A DNA stretch of 63,106 nt, filler included, from Octopus bimaculoides (lineage: Eukaryota): NCBI RefSeq assembly GCF_001194135.2. It is 5 parts of 5 records of this genome, joined end to end, with 100 filler letters (N's around TTAATTAATTAA, not from the genome) between each part and the next. Parts side by side here need not be neighbours in the genome. Positions count along the whole stretch, not along the records: positions 59,876 to 63,106 come from NC_068993.1; 4 more parts are not named here. The stretch is one strand, 5' to 3'. Shown here piece after piece: positions 60,822-63,106 of the stretch (positions are counted from its first letter, which is position 1; each line of letters starts with the position of its first letter). The notes under the pieces are model-generated. The model ran no database searches. It was given only the letters and a program-made list of their open reading frames with translations, and was not told the origin of the DNA. The position numbers and the translations under genes are program-made.

Positions 60822-61258
60822 TCATCATCGTTTAACGTCCGCTTTCCATGCTAGCATGGGTTGGACGATTTAACTGAGGACTGGTGAACCGGATGGCTGC
60901 ACCAGGCTCCAATCTGATCTGGCAGAGTTTCTACAGCTGGATGCCCTTCCTAACGCCAACCACTCTGAGAGTGTAGTGGGTACTTTTACATGCCACCGGC
61001 ACAAGGGCCAGTTACACAGTACTGGCCACGCTCAAAATGGTGTTTTTTTACGTGCCACCTGCACAGGAGCCAGTCCAGCGGCACTGGCAACAACCTCGCT
61101 CGAATGGTTTTCTAATGTGCTACCGACACAAGTGCCAGTAAGGCGACGCTGGTAACGATCATGCTCAAATGGTGCTATTTACGGGCCACTAGCATGGAAG
61201 CCAGACAGCTGCTCTGGCAATGATCACGCTCGGACAATGCTGTTAGTGCTTCACTAAC
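60822..61258 (-). mobile_element. SINE family F with an internal tandem array of about 62-66-bp units
   Basis: (GAT)n tail at the left. Units begin near 60985, 61047, 61112, 61178 and (partial) 61242. Confidence 0.85.
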
Positions 61259-61325
61259 ATATATATATATTGGGATAGATACTATCCCTTAGTGGGTTGA
61301 ACCCCCAACTCTTAACTCTCTCACG

Positions 61326-61361
<36 letters not shown>

Positions 61362-61424
61362 NNNNNNNNNNGGATAGATACTATCCCTTAGTGGGTTGAA
61401 CCCCCAACTCTTAACTCTCTCACG

Positions 61425-61463
<39 letters not shown>

Positions 61464-62113
61464 TTTTCTATGCTAGCATAGCTCAAACCTGAGAAAATCA
61501 ATGCAGGATTTTCAAAGCTGGATGCCCTTCCTATCACTCACCTTTATCTATTTTTTTCAAGGATTTTTTTATTGCAGAGGAATTCAGAAGCACTGAGCTA
61601 ACAGATGATTTTTAAAAGGAAATGTCAACAACCGTCACCAGTTGAAGCCCAGTTATAAATGATGATGTCAACATTTTTTGCTCAGCATAGTTTTGTAAAC
61701 ATTCACACAAACCCACGCATACATGACAAATGTATTGTAAAGAGACAATTTCTAAAAGGCTCTTAATTTGCCCGAGGGTCTTATCTCTAGATTTGGACAG
61801 GATGGGGATAAAGATATAACTTAGATGTATGATCGCTTATTTCAGACACCGTTCCTGTAGATTGGGCTGAGTTTTATTTATTGATTATTGTTCTGTCCAA
61901 ATACACAATTAAATATCCATAGTAGATGTGAACTTGCGATCTTTTGACTTCATAGTCCAATGATTGTGTGTACACAACTGCTTCACTTATGCAAGTTTAT
62001 ATATATATAAATAATGGTCATTACATATATACATTGACATTGTTGTCATTGTTCATTGTAACATCAACTGATGTACTTTTGATCTGTGGTCACAATATAT
62101 ACACAATACAATA

Positions 62114-62184
62114 CAGTGGGACAAATATAATGGCCAATTTGAGTTTGATCTGAACTCGAATCAGCCATTATATTTGTCCTACTG
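62114..62184. mobile_element. 71-bp hairpin MITE, Tc1/mariner-pogo type
   Basis: TA TSD at 62112-13 and 62185-86. 21-bp TIRs CAGT(G/A)GGACAAATATAATGGC (1 mismatch) with a quasi-palindromic core. Confidence 0.85.
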
Positions 62185-63106
62185 TATTGTCCTTTCTCTC
62201 TTACTCTTGCAAATGTGCGTACACATGAGCCAAAGATAGAGCCCCTACATAATCAATGCTCCTGCAAGAAATTCCATCCAAATTTCTTTAAAAATTGTTC
62301 ATACAGTTTTTTTAAAAAAATGCATATTGAATGTGTATTTGTGCATCAATGTGTTATATCTGAGGACACAGGAATGATGATCACAGCTGAGACGTTTTTG
62401 ATCATCTGTCTACTCAATCAGAGCTGACCTTGGGTTAAACAACAACAATAATAAACCTCTACATTCTAGTGTTATGCTTAAGTAACTCTCACCAATAAAG
62501 AATTTGTTGACTAGTTTTGTGTAGATTATTAGCTGGTTTTTAATAAATCTGAATTGTCAGAAATACAAACTTAGCAATTTCTCTCTCTCGACTGTTTTAA
62601 ATGAACATTTTACAGGAGTCATATTAATTACATTTTAGGTCAAAGCTTTACAATAATTACAAATATAAATGATACAGTAAATGTACTCAAATACTCTTTT
62701 AATTATTTATATATTTGTGTATATATATTTGTGTGTGTGTGTGTGTATAGATTAGTTATAGTACTCATTAGAACCTAGGCACATGAACATGTAGGACATG
62801 AGAAATTGCTGGGCACAGTAACCTAGGGTTCACAGAGATGTAAAACAACCATGGAGGTATTGTGTTGGTAGGATACTCTGGATGTGTAAGTACCAAATCC
62901 AATTTAAACTATAGATCTGGTTCTTGCGATTTGGTACTTCTATGTATGTATGTATGTATGGATGGATGTTTGTGTGTGTATGTATGTATGGATATATGAA
63001 TGAGTTGTTATTGGGTCAGCTGAATGTTATGTGAATTACCTTCACTATTTATCTCTCTGAGGATCAATATCAGTGATATATTGGGGTAGAGAGTCAGTTA
63101 ATTATG

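Noticed and set aside
60985-61258. Repeat-spacer appearance suggesting a CRISPR-like array
   Set aside because: Eukaryotic context, degenerate units inside a SINE and no cas genes.
61372-61460. Tandem duplicate of 61273-61361
   Set aside because: An exact copy across a 10-N gap, typical of unmerged overlapping contig ends, so it is an assembly artefact.

Overview
AT-rich, microsatellite-saturated and gap-ridden animal genomic DNA. The SINE families and repeat style suggest an octopus genome (inference from recall, not a search). About a quarter of the window is N. Most ORF-track entries are artefacts of N runs and (TA)n/(CA)n/(CT)n tracts. Host genes: (i) two small minus-strand coding exons (32877-32932, 30363-30427) splice in frame to FKIDTEDLENLTKEDLLLKFKEQDKYVKLLEEKLKSRNVE, matching the N-terminus and intron phases of WTAP/Fl(2)d (m6A writer complex). 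Its other exons are not visible. (ii) One plus-strand first coding exon (52405-52644, ATG 52469) of a gene I cannot name; it is absent from the ORF track. The rest is transposon debris: a DD36E Tc1-like element, four mariner derivatives, MITEs, RTE, CR1/L2 and R4/Dong LINE fragments, Penelope-like (PLE) fragments and at least six modular SINE or SINE-like families. Best leads: three hammerhead-ribozyme motifs in PLE-type terminal repeats (two tail-to-tail around one microsatellite, one with a non-canonical core), a 556-bp fold-back mariner made of two transposase 3' ends, an abutting CR1-R4-PLE mosaic with an in-frame CR1/R4 junction, a shared SINE/LINE 3' motif, and a sharply CpG-depleted 9.9-kb block bounded by artificial TTAATTAATTAA linker gaps. 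No tRNA gene, rRNA or CRISPR array is supported.
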